Positions 38,990 through 51,227 of a DNA stretch of 64,000 nucleotides are shown in pieces (within the stretch, counting starts at the first letter, position 1; the number at the start of each line of letters is the position of its first letter). Below the pieces are notes generated by a model, which searched no databases, had not been told where the DNA came from, and saw only the letters and a program-made list of their open reading frames with translations. The stretch is from Octopus sinensis. Its lineage: Eukaryota. The stretch lies in NCBI RefSeq assembly GCF_006345805.1, contig NC_042997.1, positions 72,788,001-72,852,000 of the forward strand. Direction: 5' to 3'. The position numbers and the translations under genes were made by a program.

Positions 38990-40060
38990 GAGTGAGTAGA
39001 CAAACGAAAGAAAGACACTCAACACATTTATTGAGAGTTACATGTATGGATCAAAACAGTTTCATTCAGACTCCTTGGTACTCTGAGTTTCAAGCGTATC
39101 GCCAGTCTTCGAGTCTTCGGCCACTGGGGTCTAAATGAGAGTTCGATTAAAAAGAGTCAATGTTTATTACTGGACTTTAGCCTGTAATTGGTCGAGAAAG
39201 GTATATCGGTTTCATGTCGGTATTTCAGCGACAAGAATTAGTTGGAAAATACCGCATGGTGAACAGGATTTTCGACCGCGTAGTGGACAAGAAATCGGTC
39301 ATGTAGTTGGGAGAAGTAGGAAGGGGTGAGAGTATGTGGGTAGACAGGCATGGAGAAGTGTTGGGGATTGGTAATTTGCGGTGCTTTTCATGGGGGTTAA
39401 TTTGTAACAGTGACCTTGGTGCAGGTGGTGCTAGGAGTGGCTGGTACTAAGGTGATATATCCGGGTTGTCGGCGGCCAGTAGCTTGAAATTTACCAGAAG
39501 GGTGTACCTCTGGTGACAGCAATACCCTACCTCATATTTCTTGGTGATGGATACGACGGGTTGGTAGATGATATGCAGTTAGGGGCGCCGGGTGAATATG
39601 GTGGTGCCCTATCGATAATAGTCCACTTGATGCTAGGTGTTTCGGCTCGGAGGTCATGAAGTTGCCAGAGAAAGCATAACAGGGAAGTGGAGTTCTCTCT
39701 GTCCCTGGACCTAAATGAATGCAAGTGCTTGGAGTATCTTCCCTTGAAGTTATTAGATGTCATGCCCGTGTAGTGCCTAGTAATGCCATCTTCCTAGAGG
39801 GCAGGTGGTAGGGTTTCAGAAGTTGCATGTTCGGGTTGGAGATTGTGTGAGTTTTTAGGTCTGTTGGTGCGTGCGATGTTAGATGTGATGTTGTCTAAGT
39901 AGGAGTAGCTTACTTTGACATTATGGGGTTGACGAGTTTGTAATATTTATGAACTCTTGGGAAATGTTTCTTTATTAACGACAGGAATCCCCTAGCTACG
40001 TTGGTAGAAAAAGGATTATTTTCCTTTTCCTAATTCTCTTGGGTGAGGGGAAGGAGTTTG
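38990..40060 (-). mobile_element. Penelope-like element 3' part (linker, GIY-YIG, 3' UTR) ending at (TA)n
   Basis: YTGMTSNNFKGRYSKHLHSF...NSTSL..FLWQL...IKWTII (ORF 39527-39763), with HNVKVSYS upstream. Confidence 0.85.
39076..39124 (-). ncRNA. Degenerate type-I hammerhead motif in the PLE 3' UTR
   Basis: tgg-CCGAAGA-...gcg ata cgc tt-GAAA-CTCAGAG-TA-cca: U4>C plus an 8-nt duplication in stem II; same stem III as 7648-7706. Confidence 0.55.
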
Positions 40061-40262
40061 TAGTTCGTCCATAAGTACAAGTTACGCACTGGGGTCGATG
40101 TAATCGACTTAATCTCTTTGTCTGTCCTTATTTGTCCCCTCTATTTTTAGCCCCATGTGGGTAATAAAGAAATAAAGGTATCATCCACCCGAAGTAGGGA
40201 ATTACCAATAATTGGTGGAAGCAGCGATGCGCTGTTACAGAGTATACCCCTGTACAACCACT

Positions 40263-40301
<39 letters not shown>

Positions 40302-40513
40302 TGCCTAAATTCTGTTTTATTTTATTTTTCAACAGGTTGTGAACGCGAAAGCCGTTTTTGTCACTTCAGCAAAAGATTTTATTGCATTAATTGCCATAGC
40401 AACCATTCAGAAATATTACCGGATAGGGTCCTTCTCCATTGGGACTTCGCTCCTGATACGGTAAATTAAAACACTGAACAGCCCACAAGTTGCAAGTGAT
40501 TCATATTTTAAGA

Positions 40514-40592
<79 letters not shown>

Positions 40593-40595
40593 CAC

Positions 40596-40666
<71 letters not shown>

Positions 40667-40859
40667 TGCAGAGGTCAGCTTTGTCTTTTGTTCTTTCAGG
40701 CTAAACTATCACCAATGGGCTGTGAGCTGGTGTTTGAAATTATTATTATTGTTGTTTTTATTGTTATTATTATCATTGTTATGCTAAAGGACTCTCAGAT
40801 AGTTCTTAATTACCGGTTATTCTTTACTTGAAAGCAGGCAATAACAAATCTGCAAAGGT

Positions 40860-42455
40860 TTCAAGTAGTGCCTTTTCCTGTGACTCAAAGAGACAATATT
40901 CTCCTTAGAATGCGAGCTATACCCGATAATTTTGTCTTCTGGATCACATCGAGCCTGACAACAGATCCAATATTCTTAATATTCTTTTCAAAGCCCTTGG
41001 AAATTGCTCATAACGTTCCAATTACCACCGCTATCACCATTATTTTCCTCATGCCCTATAACTTTCCTATCTCATCCCGCAGTGGCTGGCATTTCTCAAT
41101 CTTTTCTGTTTCCTTATCGTATCTATTTCACCCTCGTATCACCTGGTATTGCAACATCTATTATCTTACTTCTTTATCATCTTTATGGATGTGCTCGATA
41201 TCTGGTCGTCCTGTCTCTATGACTTGGTCGTACTGCATGTTAAAATCCCTGAGTATTTTGTAATGTTCGTTTTCCATTACTCCTTCTGGCTTGTGTTCAT
41301 ACCATTGTTCGGCTCTCTCGAGGTTTGCTACACCGCACAACAGATAGTGGACATATCTGGCCACATTGTCTTGTCTCCTTTTGTATTCGCGTTGTGCGAG
41401 TTTACAGCACTCACTAACAATATGGCTTATACTTTCTCCCTTCTCAGAGCACATCCTACACTGTGGCGGGTCAGTGTTTTTATCGATGTGATATTTGGAG
41501 AAGTTTGTTCTTAGAGCTTGTTCTTGAGTGCTGCACACTAGTACCTCAGTGGTCCCTTTTAAGTCTCATTTTTGCAGTCATTGCCAGGTTCTAATCCAAT
41601 CAATCTCATCTTTATTCTTACATTTTCATGTCCTACCAAATTTCCTCCAACTGCTCTCTCTGGTCTTTCTTAAAATGTGTTGAATTTCTGGCTTTGTTTC
41701 TTTTAAGGTTCCCTGCATTTTCCTAGCTTCAATAATTTCTTTTTTACTCCCCTTGACATACCAAGCCAGGCTATTCTCCTCTTCCCTTACACAACCTTCA
41801 CAACATGCCAATCCCTGTCCACCTTCTTTCCTCTTTACATACAATCGTGACACATCAGTCTTGGGGTGTAGTTCCTTGTTCATTATCATTAATTTACGTG
41901 TTCTCCGGTCTATCGCTTGTAATTCATGCTTCTTCCAAGATACTATCCCTGCCTCATATCTCATCAAAGCAACCACCCACGTGTTAATTGCTGTAATCTT
42001 ATAGCGGTCATTTAGCTTCTATTGCCAAGTTCTCCTCAAATACTCATTCCTGTACATTTCTTTTATCGTGTGTTCATTCATCTTATCTCTTTCAATGATA
42101 GCCAAGAACTTATATTCGTCCTCTCCAACTTCTTTTATAGTTTCACCACTTTCCAGCTTGATCCTATAGCTTTTACTGACTTTTCCCCTTTTGAGAATCA
42201 TTACACCACATTTCTCGATCCCAAATTCCATGCCAATATCTTTGCTTAATCATCTGCACAGTTGCCGTCAAACTCTCAATTTCTTTCTCAGTCTTAGCGA
42301 ATAGCTTTAGGTCATCCATAAACCACAGGTTCTTTACTTTCACTTTGCCTAGCTTGTACCCCACACGCATCTTTCTTAAAACGCTCGTTAGTGGCAGTAT
42401 GTAAACAACAAATGGGAGAGGCGACAGTCTGTCCCCTCGAAAGATTCCTCTTTTG
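40860..42455 (-). mobile_element. Degenerate 5'-truncated R4/Dong-type RLE LINE, family C
   Basis: GIFRGDRLSP, FMDDLKLFAK, MEFGIEKC, HPKTDVSRLYVKRKEGGQGL, CRMC...ISHIVSEC and RPD motifs; (TAA)n lies downstream at 40515-40790. Confidence 0.85.
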
Positions 42456-44029
42456 ATATTCCGAGTTAAATAAACCGAGGAGCTGCAACACTGTTAAAGA
42501 TACGAAGAAAAGGATCTCAATTGATAATTTGCGTCAACATAATTGTGCTAAAAGCAAAGTTCCAATTTTTGATCAAGGTGCGTAACGATGATAAGTAGCA
42601 AGTAAGTGAGAAGGAAAATATTGTTGAAATGGCTCTTTATTTTCATCGTTAGAATGCAAGATACAATGTTATACACAGATTATTTGCCGTTCCATTCTGT
42701 GGGTGGTTAAGCTCATCTTTTGCTAGGAGAACGGATAGAAGGAGAGAGAAAGGGTAAAAGCATTTACTCTTCAGTGTGACAAGTAGAGTGAGTGAAAGTT
42801 GAATAGTCTCGCCTTGGCAAATCATATGTGAAGTGCTCCTTTTGACAGAGGGCCAAGCAAAAGAGGTAGAACCAAGTTTGGGTTCCGTATTTACATTTTT
42901 CTCTAACTAAATCAAGTCTGACTAAACAATGGATTTTCCGTCTCTTATCTGATCTAACCTAAGACTGACTTGAAAGGTTACTGGTTAACAGCAGACTCTT
43001 ATAAATTTCCTAGTGCAAAAGTCGAGAACAATAGAATGAATCTCGTAGAAAAATCTAGAGTTGGTTTTGAATCTTGGTTAAGAAGGTCTTCATTATAGGT
43101 GCCGTCCAAGAGCTTCGCGCTTGTCATAGTTTGTGTAGTCAAAAAAGTGCAGACCGTGCGATCCCTGAAAAATCTATTTCCACCTCATCCGATACATAGT
43201 GTATAGTGTGGATAACAAACCTGGCTTTCAAAAGACAGAAATAAATTAGGATCAATTGAAGGCTTTATACAAGGTCGAGGAGTTTTATTTGAAAGCTGTC
43301 CTTGGGGCTGCTGTTTTTGATCACGTTTTCGGATACTGGATCATTTTAATGTACAACGGACTGCTTGGTGGCCAATCAAAATAGCCAGCAATCGAAACGG
43401 TTTTCATTCATACGCTCGGTCCGGCAAGAGTGTCCTCTCTCATTCCTTTTGTATGTAACTGGCACCAGAGCTCCATTTGTGTAAACTAGAAGCTTTGAGA
43501 GCGATTCTCTGCGAACTGGGTAGCGGACGAGTTGTGTCAGCATATGCAACCCAGGTCAGCGGAATGGTATTTTATACTACGGAAGTTCAGGCAGTTTGTA
43601 ACGTTCTGAATGAAAACGAGACAGTGAAAGAAACAAAAATTTATCCAGAAAACACTATGCCGCTGCCCAGCATTGTAAAGCTTTGTACGGCGGGCTGTGT
43701 AAGTTGCTTGGTGTCTGGTTATTACCAGACCTTCGTACGTATAGGAACTGGAACGAGGTTATGATCACGATGACTATACACAGAAATCAAGACAATTATC
43801 CCTGAATGACGGAACAGAGGTACCGAACGCATAAATCGTCTCCATTATATATTATCACCTGATCGTTCAACCTTCAACCAGTCTTTTTTTCCGTTTTTTT
43901 TTATATTATCGACCATTCTCTTCGTCTGGAAGTAGTTAGTATTCAAATGTTGGTTGATTTCTTCGGTGATTGTACTGATCAGTAGATTTCGCATTATCGG
44001 AAGAAGTGATTGCATCTGTAGTGATACTA

Positions 44030-44420
44030 TAACGGTGCGCGCTCATTTGTATTTCGCGCGTGTTGGTGCCTTTACCAAGGCACAGAAGGAAGGGCCCTCT
44101 CGCGCATGCGCGAACCACCGGAAGCACGACCCTGGCCAAGGCAGGGGGTCGTAGAACGTTTGACCGCTAGCAGCAGTTAGGGGTGACTTTGAGACATGGC
44201 TATCGAAGGCAACGGTCACGTATATTCTCTCTCCGTCAGGACTTGATTCTAGCAGCAGTCGGCCGAATGCCTTTAACCAAATTGTTGCCGACCACATTCA
44301 ACTTCCCTGTTCGACGCCATCTTGAACCCTTTCTGGTTTTAGCGGCTGAATATTGTAAATATTACAATCGATTAACTTTCAGCCTTGCGCGCCCAGAACC
44401 AAGGACATCAGATAACACAC
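44030..44420. promoter_or_regulatory. CpG-rich promoter-like region with NRF-1, ETS and YY1-type motifs
   Basis: GCGCATGCGC at 44102-44111, CCGGAAG at 44118-44124 and CGCCATCTT at 44315-44323, in a locally GC/CpG-rich island just upstream of the exon chain. Confidence 0.6.
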
Positions 44421-44452
44421 TTATTGTTATTGTTACCAAGAAAGAGAATAAA
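44267..44452 (+). CDS. Zinc-finger gene, putative exon 1 (MPLTKLLP...TKKENK)
   Basis: ATG at 44267, 62 open codons, phase 0 matches exon 2; the donor GTAGTA is weak. Confidence 0.4.
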
Positions 44453-44918
44453 GTAGTATATATATATTTTACGTCTGCGGCTTGTTGTTTCTGACTGGTA
44501 GAATTCTGGATTATTAAAGCAACGGCTAGTGATTGCTTTCTTGTACCCCGAAAGTACAAGAGAATATATTCACACATCACACTAAGTTCTTTAAACATCT
44601 TTTTCTTTTGTTTTGCTTTTCATTCTGAGCACTGTTCTTCCTTCATTTAACGATATAGAGATAGAATTAGAGTCAAAGTTTTCATCAAGCATTTATTTCA
44701 TTCTCTGATGTAGTGACTTCAAATTTTCAATTCACTGACCTTGTATTTTGTCTGGGCACGGTGATTTCCAGTTAGAGAGCCATTTACTTTTCAGAGAGTA
44801 TGTAGTGTTTTGGTTAGGTTGTTTTGTTAGTTTCTCCTTCCACCTTCTATATGCGTCTACCATAGAGCATTAATATATAATTTCAAATTATAACATGGAG
44901 CTCTGTCATTATTTGTAG

Positions 44919-45032
44919 GTATGTGATTGGTCAAGACTTGTCCTGAGATACATGCATTCGAAATCATTCATATCATTGGATGAAGTTTCTTCACTCGTGA
45001 CACAACTACACCGGGAACTCATATCAATTGAA
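44919..45032 (+). CDS. Zinc-finger gene exon 2 (VCDWSRLVLRYMHSKSFISLDEVSSLVTQLHRELISIE)
   Basis: TTTGTAG acceptor, GTAAGT donor, 114 nt, phase 0-0. Confidence 0.75.
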
Positions 45033-45621
45033 GTAAGTAGACAAATCAAAACAGTTTTGGCTAATCCAAAATCTAAGCCTCAATTAATTTTTCATATTCT
45101 CAGTACTTTTATTTTTCAGGTTTTTTTTATGTATTAGTATTGTTATTGAGTATTTCTGATAAGCTTTGGTTGAGCTGACTTAGGGTAGCCGATAGCTCCA
45201 TATCCCTGAATATACAAATATATGGCCTCTGGGATGTTACTCAGCGTTCAGACCTCGGCTTTCAACAGTATTCTAGGCATGAATCACCTATACAAGCTTT
45301 AGTGATGTGCAAAATGTAATAACTTAAAACTTCTTCCTGTACGAAATCTTAGAAATCGTTTTACAGGTACATGTTGTGTACGAATGTATTTCTTTCATAT
45401 GAAATGTTGCAGCTAACCCAAACCTTCTGATCCAAAGGTCATTCAATTGTATAATGTCTCATGTATTGCAGCGCTGTATCATAGAAGATTATTTATAACA
45501 ATTTAGCACTGTGCAGATGTGTACATATTATTGTAAGCTGTGAAGACTGTTTAGTTGAAATTAAATCAAAAAAGGATTAGCATGGAGAAAATTGCACCCT
45601 ACAAAATGACATGCTAAGAAA

Positions 45622-45685
45622 ATTTGTAGGCATGTGATTGGTCAAAACTTGTCCTGAGATACATGCATTCGAAATCATTCATATC
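45622..45685 (+). pseudogene. Partial duplicate of exon 2 (acceptor plus 5' half)
   Basis: 64-bp copy of 44911-44974 with 2 substitutions and no donor. Confidence 0.85.
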
Positions 45686-46218
45686 TTTTCCCCTTGGTGA
45701 ACAAAAATCACAAATTATAACACATGGAACCTTATGCATAAAACTTTGTTTCACTTCCATTGCCCTACATTCTGAGTTCAAATTCTACCTGATTAATTTT
45801 GCTTTTGATCATCTTTGTATAGTTAAGACAAGTACCAGACAAGACCAAATAATTTCTGGCTTATAATAATGCAAAATATCTTTATCTTTATTTTTAATTT
45901 ATAAATATAGAATTTTGGTCAAGAAGAAATATATCACTTAATTCCAGAATCCCTTAATGCTTACTTTTTTTTCTTCAACACTTATTCAGGTTCTCATTAC
46001 AGTCTCTTAATATTTAATTTATGTTAATGTAACTACCAAGCTCTGTTTTGTAAGAGATAAGTGTTTAACTAGGCAGTTTGAAATCCTGGTACAACTTATA
46101 ATTTCACAAATCAAAATATTTTGTCTTCTCAATTTATTCTCTACCACTGATGTACAATATATCAACTAAGCATTTTGAAAAAGGAAATTTTCTACAAATA
46201 TTCAAATTGCTTTTTCAG

Positions 46219-46296
46219 AGAATATTACTGGAGATTATATCATACTATGAGAATCTTCCAGAGTGCAAGAAAGCTTTCGACAAAATATTATACAAG
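46219..46296 (+). CDS. Zinc-finger gene exon 3 (RILLEIISYYENLPECKKAFDKILYK)
   Basis: TTTTTCAG acceptor, AAG|GTCAGT donor, 78 nt, phase 0-0. Confidence 0.75.
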
Positions 46297-47519
46297 GTCA
46301 GTATATATGGCTAATAAAAAGCCCTATTAATAAATAACTAATAAAATAAACCATATATAAAGAAACTGGACATGATTGATATGTTGATACATTTGTGGAC
46401 AGTAAGTATTACTTCATTCTCCCTACATTGTATACAAAGAAGAAAACAGTGAGCAAGGGTGGAGAGGATATAAAGATTGTTAATTTAAAGACCATTTGTA
46501 AGCAGAGATCGATTTAGAGCAGAAATAAAAACAGCATTGTCTTTTAGCCAGTGGTCTGAAGTGACTGCATCTATACCAATCAGTCAAACAACATTTTGGA
46601 TTTTGTGTAGGAAGTTTATGTGAGTTTTGTATAAGCTTTGCAGAGAGATAGCAACTAAAGAAGAATCTTAGTCTTTGCGATGTAGTTGATATATGTTATA
46701 TATGTGGGTTTGCCATCAGAGATTGTGAGGCCTGATATCTGTAGAAATTTTGAGGTTGAGAATATAAGATACATAGGTGTTCCCTTGATATGTCTAGTGT
46801 TGTTGAGTGAAATATAATTGTCATAACTTCATTGAAGGATGCTCTCAAGGTTTATAGGCAATGCTTGATAAAAGTATTTAGTCTATGTGTGAATTTCATT
46901 TGTGTGTCACTGGTTAAAGAAGAGTAAAGTAATATAGTGTAGGAGTATGTGTAGTTAGAAGTGAGTGACATTAATGAACTTTGAGGTACATCAGATTTGA
47001 TGGAATGTCAGCTGGAGTTTGCACTGTCAGCATGTTATAATAGGGAGGTCTGACAGAAGCTTCTGATCCAAGACTTGAGAGGGGATTAGAAATGGTTATT
47101 ACATTCACAGAAGTTCTCCAGAGCTGAAGAACATAGGAAAGCAAGGTGCTGATAAATCTAACTCAATGGAAGTCATACTGACAGTCACAGAGGTGGGAAA
47201 GTGATTTAATCATGTTCAGATTACTCTGTTAAATGTAATACTTTTTTACTCAAATTATTTTGAATTAATCATGCATTATCTTATAGCTTTGATGTTTCAA
47301 TGATGTGATTGTTTATTTTTAGAATGTCAATATAGGTTAGGTGTGAGAGGCTAGGTATCACCCATTTGAATATAAAACATGTAGAATATTTGGGCCAGAT
47401 ATGGCTGGTTTAAACGCTAAAGGGTCAAAGTGATGAAAGTAGTGATTGTTTACAACAATTTCCATTATCTTTGAGAGATTATCAGTGAGTATGATCAATG
47501 CATAATTTCCTCAGTTAGA

Positions 47520-48320
47520 AATATTACCTTTTGGAGGAAAAGATTACGCTCTGATATGTTTCCAAAGATTGGGGTTGATTCTCGTTAAAAGAGATGGATT
47601 TATTAGCTTTCACTGGCATTATCAAAATTGATTTCTTTGTAGAACTGGAGAGGTCAGTGAAATTTTCTCCCTTAAGAACTGGATGTAATGGCAAAACTAA
47701 GGACATAGAGAAGAACAGTTTTGGTGATGTTTTACCAAACGTTAGAGTTTATTGGGTAAAAGCGAAACTCTTAGTTGGTGATGGTGGTTAACAGTTTTCT
47801 TTGTCCATAATCCTGCAGCACAGCTGTGGTAAGTAACCTGGAGAATGGGTGGTTATTAGCCTTTGCTATGTGAGGGATGTGAAAGGACATGCCTTGGAGT
47901 ATAGTTTCCATCACCTGTTTAGCTGCCTCTGATTGGTTGGTAGTAGAACACACTCACCACTAAGGGTGGTTGGCATAAAAGTGGAAGAGCCATGAGAATT
48001 AACTGAAGAAGTATCAGAGAACTATACAGGACAGTTCCTCTATTAGGTACTAATGGGACAATTCAATGAATGCAGAGATAATAATTCAGGAATAAAGGTT
48101 GGGTTTTGAGATAAGGATCAATTCAGATATGCAAGTAAGAGAAGATACGAACTAATACAGAGAGGTGAAGTAACAGAGATGGTAAAGCATGGGACGAAAT
48201 GCTCTTCTATTATTTTATACTTTTGGTTTCAATCAGAAAAAGGTCAGCTTTTCATCTCTCCATATTGGTATAAAGTACATATCCAATTATGTGTTGATAT
48301 TGGCATAAATCACTGAACCT
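47520..48320 (-). mobile_element. Decayed CR1/L2-type LINE fragment (probable APE endonuclease region), intronic
   Basis: Weak motif resemblance only; no intact ORF. Confidence 0.3.
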
Positions 48321-48406
48321 CTTCTGTGCAACAACAGGACTTTGTATCAATCATCATTGTTTTCTTTCCTTTTTTTAATTATTCATTTTATTTTTGTTCT
48401 TTCCAG

Positions 48407-48577
48407 ATCAAGAATTGCTGGCCTAATTTACTTGAGACACCCCTCCATTTTTCTCTTTCAAATTTTGAAGATATTTATAAGTGTTTCAACTGTGAAAACC
48501 CATCTAAAGACTTATTTTGCCCGATTGTAATTGAGTCACATGAGAAGATAATTCAACATGTTCGCCATAACTGTAAG
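48407..48577 (+). CDS. Zinc-finger gene exon 4 (IKNCWPNLL...KCFNC...HVRHNCK)
   Basis: Long pyrimidine tract plus CAG, AAG|GTTAGT donor, 171 nt, phase 0-0. Confidence 0.8.
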
Positions 48578-48659
48578 GTTAGTAATCAAAACTGGATCAC
48601 AATGTTAAAAGAAGAATATTTCTTTTTGATTTATTCTGAAGGAAGGAGCTTTCTTCAGA

Positions 48660-49560
48660 TCACCTGAGATTGGTAAGACTGATTAATGTTCTCTTGAACA
48701 GTTGCCGGTTGATGGCTACAAGAAAACACATAAACAGGAGGCAATTTTAGAAAGCTGGTAGTCTATGGAGAAAGGATTGTATGTTGTAGTTAGTATGGGG
48801 CATGGTAGAATAAATAAGAGTGAAGGGATTGCGAGAGACAAGTGAGCTGGGGGTCCCTAAGTGGAGGTGGCAGCAATCTCTGAAGAACAGAAGTAGAAAA
48901 TGATGATAGAAGAGAGAGTACATTTTGGGGATAGAATTTGAAGTGTAATAGTGAAAGAGGTCATGTCAGTCAGCCTAACAATGTCCCTTTGTATGCGATC
49001 TAGGACTTCTGTGTATGTAGTAACCACACCATTCCAAATAAGAGAGCAGTACTTCCTTTGGGTATTTTACAAGTTCACTAGTTGTTGGGAACTGAAATAT
49101 TTACTGGCTCTAAATTCTAGTCTTTGAGGTGCAGTGTTTGCTTTGTTTGAAAATTTGTCAGGGGAAAACCCTCGGTGGTAGTGAAACACATTTGAAATAA
49201 TTCTGAGGGTTCTTGCAGCATATTATTCTTGTTAGGAGTGGAGTAAGGTGCAATACTCTTTGCTTAGTTATTTCCAGACCTGATGGGCCAAATTCACTTT
49301 ATTGTTGTTGTATCTAAAAAAGAATATTGCTTATAGCCAATAGGGATCTCCCATGATTATAGAAACAAAGACAAGGAGAATTTTCCCAATCAAAAGTTAG
49401 AAAGTTTAAGTAATGGGAAAACTAATTGGGGGAAATGAGTCAGTCCTCACAAGGCTGCTTTGATTGAATCTTGGAAATGAGTTTATTCACAAGTGTTGAG
49501 AAGTTGGAAGGTATGTGCAAAGGTTCTATTTGAATGTAGATGGAATCCAAGGAGCAGTTG
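48660..49560 (-). mobile_element. Decayed CR1/L2-type LINE 3' fragment, intronic
   Basis: The minus strand resembles the CR1/L2 C-terminal QSF.PR...WN.LP..VF......FK.NIN motif, with frameshifts. Confidence 0.5.
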
Positions 49561-49735
49561 TGAAACGTTAGTAACTATTTACTGTTAAAATACATTTAGT
49601 GTTTTATTTACTAACAAAAAAGTGTGGGAGATCTCATAAAAGCATTGTTTATCCAATCAACTGATCAGATTGTTCAAAAATGTTAATATTGTATAATAAT
49701 CTAAATCTATACTAAATTTCATTTCTGCATTTCAG

Positions 49736-49890
49736 ACTTGCATTAGTAAATCTTACAGTTGTGCCATCTGTTGCCCAGTTTCACCAGACAGTGAAATAAA
49801 TAAAGAGTTTGAAGATGTTCTCTATCCTTTTGAAAATAGTGTCATTAAATGTCCAGATGAAGAATGTACATTCCCAGTTTGTGTTCATAG
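49736..49890 (+). CDS. Zinc-finger gene exon 5 (TCISKSYSCAICC...KCPDEECTFPVCVH-R)
   Basis: TTTCAG acceptor, AG|GTTAGC donor, 155 nt, phase 0-2. Confidence 0.8.
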
Positions 49891-50105
49891 GTTAGCAGTT
49901 TTCATTTTTATTTTGAAGAAGAAGAGAATTGTCTTACTTTTAGCAAGAGAATGAAATATTGTTACATTTACGTACTTGTTTTGCAAGATACTTGGTGTGA
50001 AATTGTATGTTGAAACAGATATTATTATAATTGGGGATGGTCATATTTTGCACTATATATTTGATCTTCACTTCAGCTTTATCATCATCATCATCATCAT
50101 CATCA

Positions 50106-50175
<70 letters not shown>

Positions 50176-50911
50176 TTGTTTTTTTAGTGTTCTTTGTCTG
50201 AAATCTTTCTGAAAGACAAAATGGACTAAACAGGATGGGGAGTTGCTGAAGAGGTCACAGGATGTGTGATGAAAGATTTCAGACAAAGCACACTAAAATA
50301 AGGATAATATCAAAGCTGAAGTGAAGAACAAGTATGTAGTGCATGTGGTTATTGGGCAAAAAAATAAAATTACCATCCTGAAATATAACAATGAAATTTT
50401 GCATTTTACAAAATAAGTTGTATTAATTTCTTACATAGTTACAAGACTTCAGTGTTTCTGTAGGTAAAAAGAAATACTTTTGTAATGAAATTTATTTGTT
50501 GTTTTTATTAGGGTCTATTAATGAAGACAAGATACAAATATTTTGTGTTCTTGATTTTCTATTTTACTTTCCTTTATCAATTCATTTCTTTGGCTAAATA
50601 ATTCATGATTTTCTAAGTATTTTACATCCATTTTCCTATTCTAGCATAGGTAGAATTGTATAGTTTTGTAATTAAGCCATTTAGATACTATTGAAGCAAG
50701 TATCCACAGCCATATTATGAGAGGACAGGAGAACTGAGGTAAGATACCCAGAGTCACTACATAAAATGTCTAAACTTCCTACTCTAAACTGTTATTGTAC
50801 TATAACAGAGTTCAAAGGAGGAAACAGATGAAAATTGAAATGAATATGAAATATAATTACATGCTAAAGAACCATATACAACTTATTAATTCTAATGTTT
50901 ACTTCTTCCAG

Positions 50912-50978
50912 GAGATGTCTCAAGAAGAATCCAGACTTTGTTTGTCCAAACTGTAAATCAAAGATTGAAGACAAGTAA
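50912..50978 (+). CDS. Zinc-finger gene terminal exon (RCLKKNPDFVCPNCKSKIEDK*)
   Basis: CTTCTTCCAG acceptor, phase 2 completes HRRC...CPNC, TAA at 50976-50978. Confidence 0.8.
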
Positions 50979-50988
50979 ACCAGACATC

Positions 50989-50994
50989 AATAAA
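50989..50994 (+). terminator. Candidate polyadenylation signal AATAAA
   Basis: 11 nt after the stop codon; common by chance in AT-rich DNA. Confidence 0.4.
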
Positions 50995-51227
50995 AATATT
51001 ACTAGAATTTCAATTCAACATTTTCCTGCATGCTTCTGAGTTTATTTGATACCATTATATGTTTCTTTTTGAATTTTTCTAGTAAGTAAATAACAAAACA
51101 ATGAAAGAGGAAAATAATTAAATAAACCATTATGGTAGACACTTTTTAAGGGACAGCTGCTGAGAAAAAAATCTTCAGTTGATGTCTGAAGTATTAATAA
51201 TAATAATGATGAGATGTGTAACATCAT

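Noticed and set aside
43795-43835. Hammerhead-like CTGAATGA...CCGAACGCATA
   Set aside because: An extra core base, a missing A in GAAA and a weak stem I are too many deviations.
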